Part shown: positions 23,625 to 24,000 of the stretch, in pieces
Position numbering within the stretch: the first letter of the stretch is position 1
Layout: each line of letters starts with the position of its first letter
Assembly (NCBI RefSeq): GCF_026684035.1
Contig: NZ_CP113361.1
Span: 2,480,715-2,504,714 of the forward strand
Length of the DNA: 24,000 nt
DNA from: Methanogenium organophilum
GTDB taxonomy: Archaea; Halobacteriota; Methanomicrobia; Methanomicrobiales; Methanomicrobiaceae
Reading direction: 5' to 3'
The notes under the pieces: generated by a model
Told to the model about the DNA's origin: nothing
What the model saw: only the letters and a program-made list of their open reading frames with translations
Database searches by the model: none
Translations under genes and position numbers: made by a program

Positions 23625-23675
23625 CTTCTATTCGCCTCTCTTTTTTGAATCAAATTATCAAATGATTGGAGGAGA

Positions 23676-24000
23676 TTATTCAGTCATTGCTTTTTTCTGG
23701 ACCAATATGCTCGCCTTCAGTAAACTGTCAAACGTCCCTGCATCGCTCCAGAATCCCTCAAGCATCGCAAATTGCATTGCACCCCGCCTGATGTAAGAGT
23801 TGTTGACATCTGTAATTTCAAGCTCGCCGCGTCCGGAGGGTGTGAGCTTTTTAATACTGTCAAACACACGGCCGTCATAGAAGTAAAGGCCGGTGACAGC
23901 ATTGTTCGATTTTGGCTCTTTCGGCTTCTCTTCGATGCCAACTACCTGATCGCCGTCTACCTCGGCAACGCCGAAGCGATGGGGATCGGAGACTTCCTTG
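23676..24000 (-). CDS. rmlA: Glucose-1-phosphate thymidylyltransferase (RmlA), C-terminal part; the ORF continues beyond the right edge
   Basis: The minus-strand frame is open from position 24000: KEVSDPHRFGVAEVDGDQVVGIEEKPKEPKSNNAVTGLYFYDGRVFDSIKKLTPSGRGELEITDVNNSYIRRGAMQFAMLEGFWSDAGTFDSLLKAS... This reproduces the RmlA blocks EKP-x-x-PKSN-x-AVTG-x-YFYD and RGELEITD. The track lists only an internal GTG-started piece. Confidence 0.85.
   Translation of the reverse strand, partial: KEVSDPHRFGVAEVDGDQVVGIEEKPKEPKSNNAVTGLYFYDGRVFDSIKKLTPSGRGELEITDVNNSYIRRGAMQFAMLEGFWSDAGTFDSLLKASILVQKKAMTE

Overview
This window looks like the chromosome of a methanogenic archaeon, probably Methanomicrobiales-like. 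That assignment is inferred from gene content: a coenzyme F430 cluster, H4MPT-linked orphan genes, and a DUF1628-type pilin. All coordinates and similarity calls were made by eye, without searches.

Left half, 1-14.1 kb, visibly about 50-55% GC, mostly core metabolism:
- A partial PurM-superfamily gene (minus strand, runs off the left edge), divergent from thiD.
- An Lrp/AsnC regulator translationally coupled to a small 3-TM protein, followed by an acidic soluble protein.
- An archaeal type IV pilin-like gene.
- An 860-nt group II intron whose reverse-transcriptase ORF is reduced to 50 codons.
- A minus-strand trio with overlapping frames: a NifR3/Dus-like TIM barrel carrying a Cys-rich tail, a CitG-like protein and a DUF447 protein. 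These families are linked to tetrahydromethanopterin biosynthesis by comparative genomics.
- A 1.27-kb stretch with no supportable ORF.
- A tight cfbA-cfbE-cfbD-cfbB cluster for F430 biosynthesis, with cfbC absent from the window.
- ilvE and tRNA-Glu(UUC).

Right half, about 14.1-23.65 kb, visibly AT-rich (roughly 35-40% GC by eye):
- About 1.4 kb of gene-free, decayed-looking DNA next to the tRNA.
- A surface-glycan island: a polyprenyl-phosphate GT2 with three in-frame 60-bp tandem repeats, a possible GT-B remnant, a 737-aa GT-C-like polytopic membrane protein, a Wzx-type flippase, and on the other strand a GT2 and a GT4-like enzyme.
- The island ends at a normal-GC, partial rmlA.

I see no CRISPR array, defence-type operon, integrase or transposase, and no self-contained clearly novel multi-gene system. 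The observations most worth follow-up are:
- the ORF-less intron and the short repeat family around it;
- the duplicated C-x(n)-CC-x5-C tail on the TIM-barrel protein;
- the repeat-bearing GT2 with its GT-C and flippase neighbours;
- the unexplained ORF-free leader upstream of cfbA.
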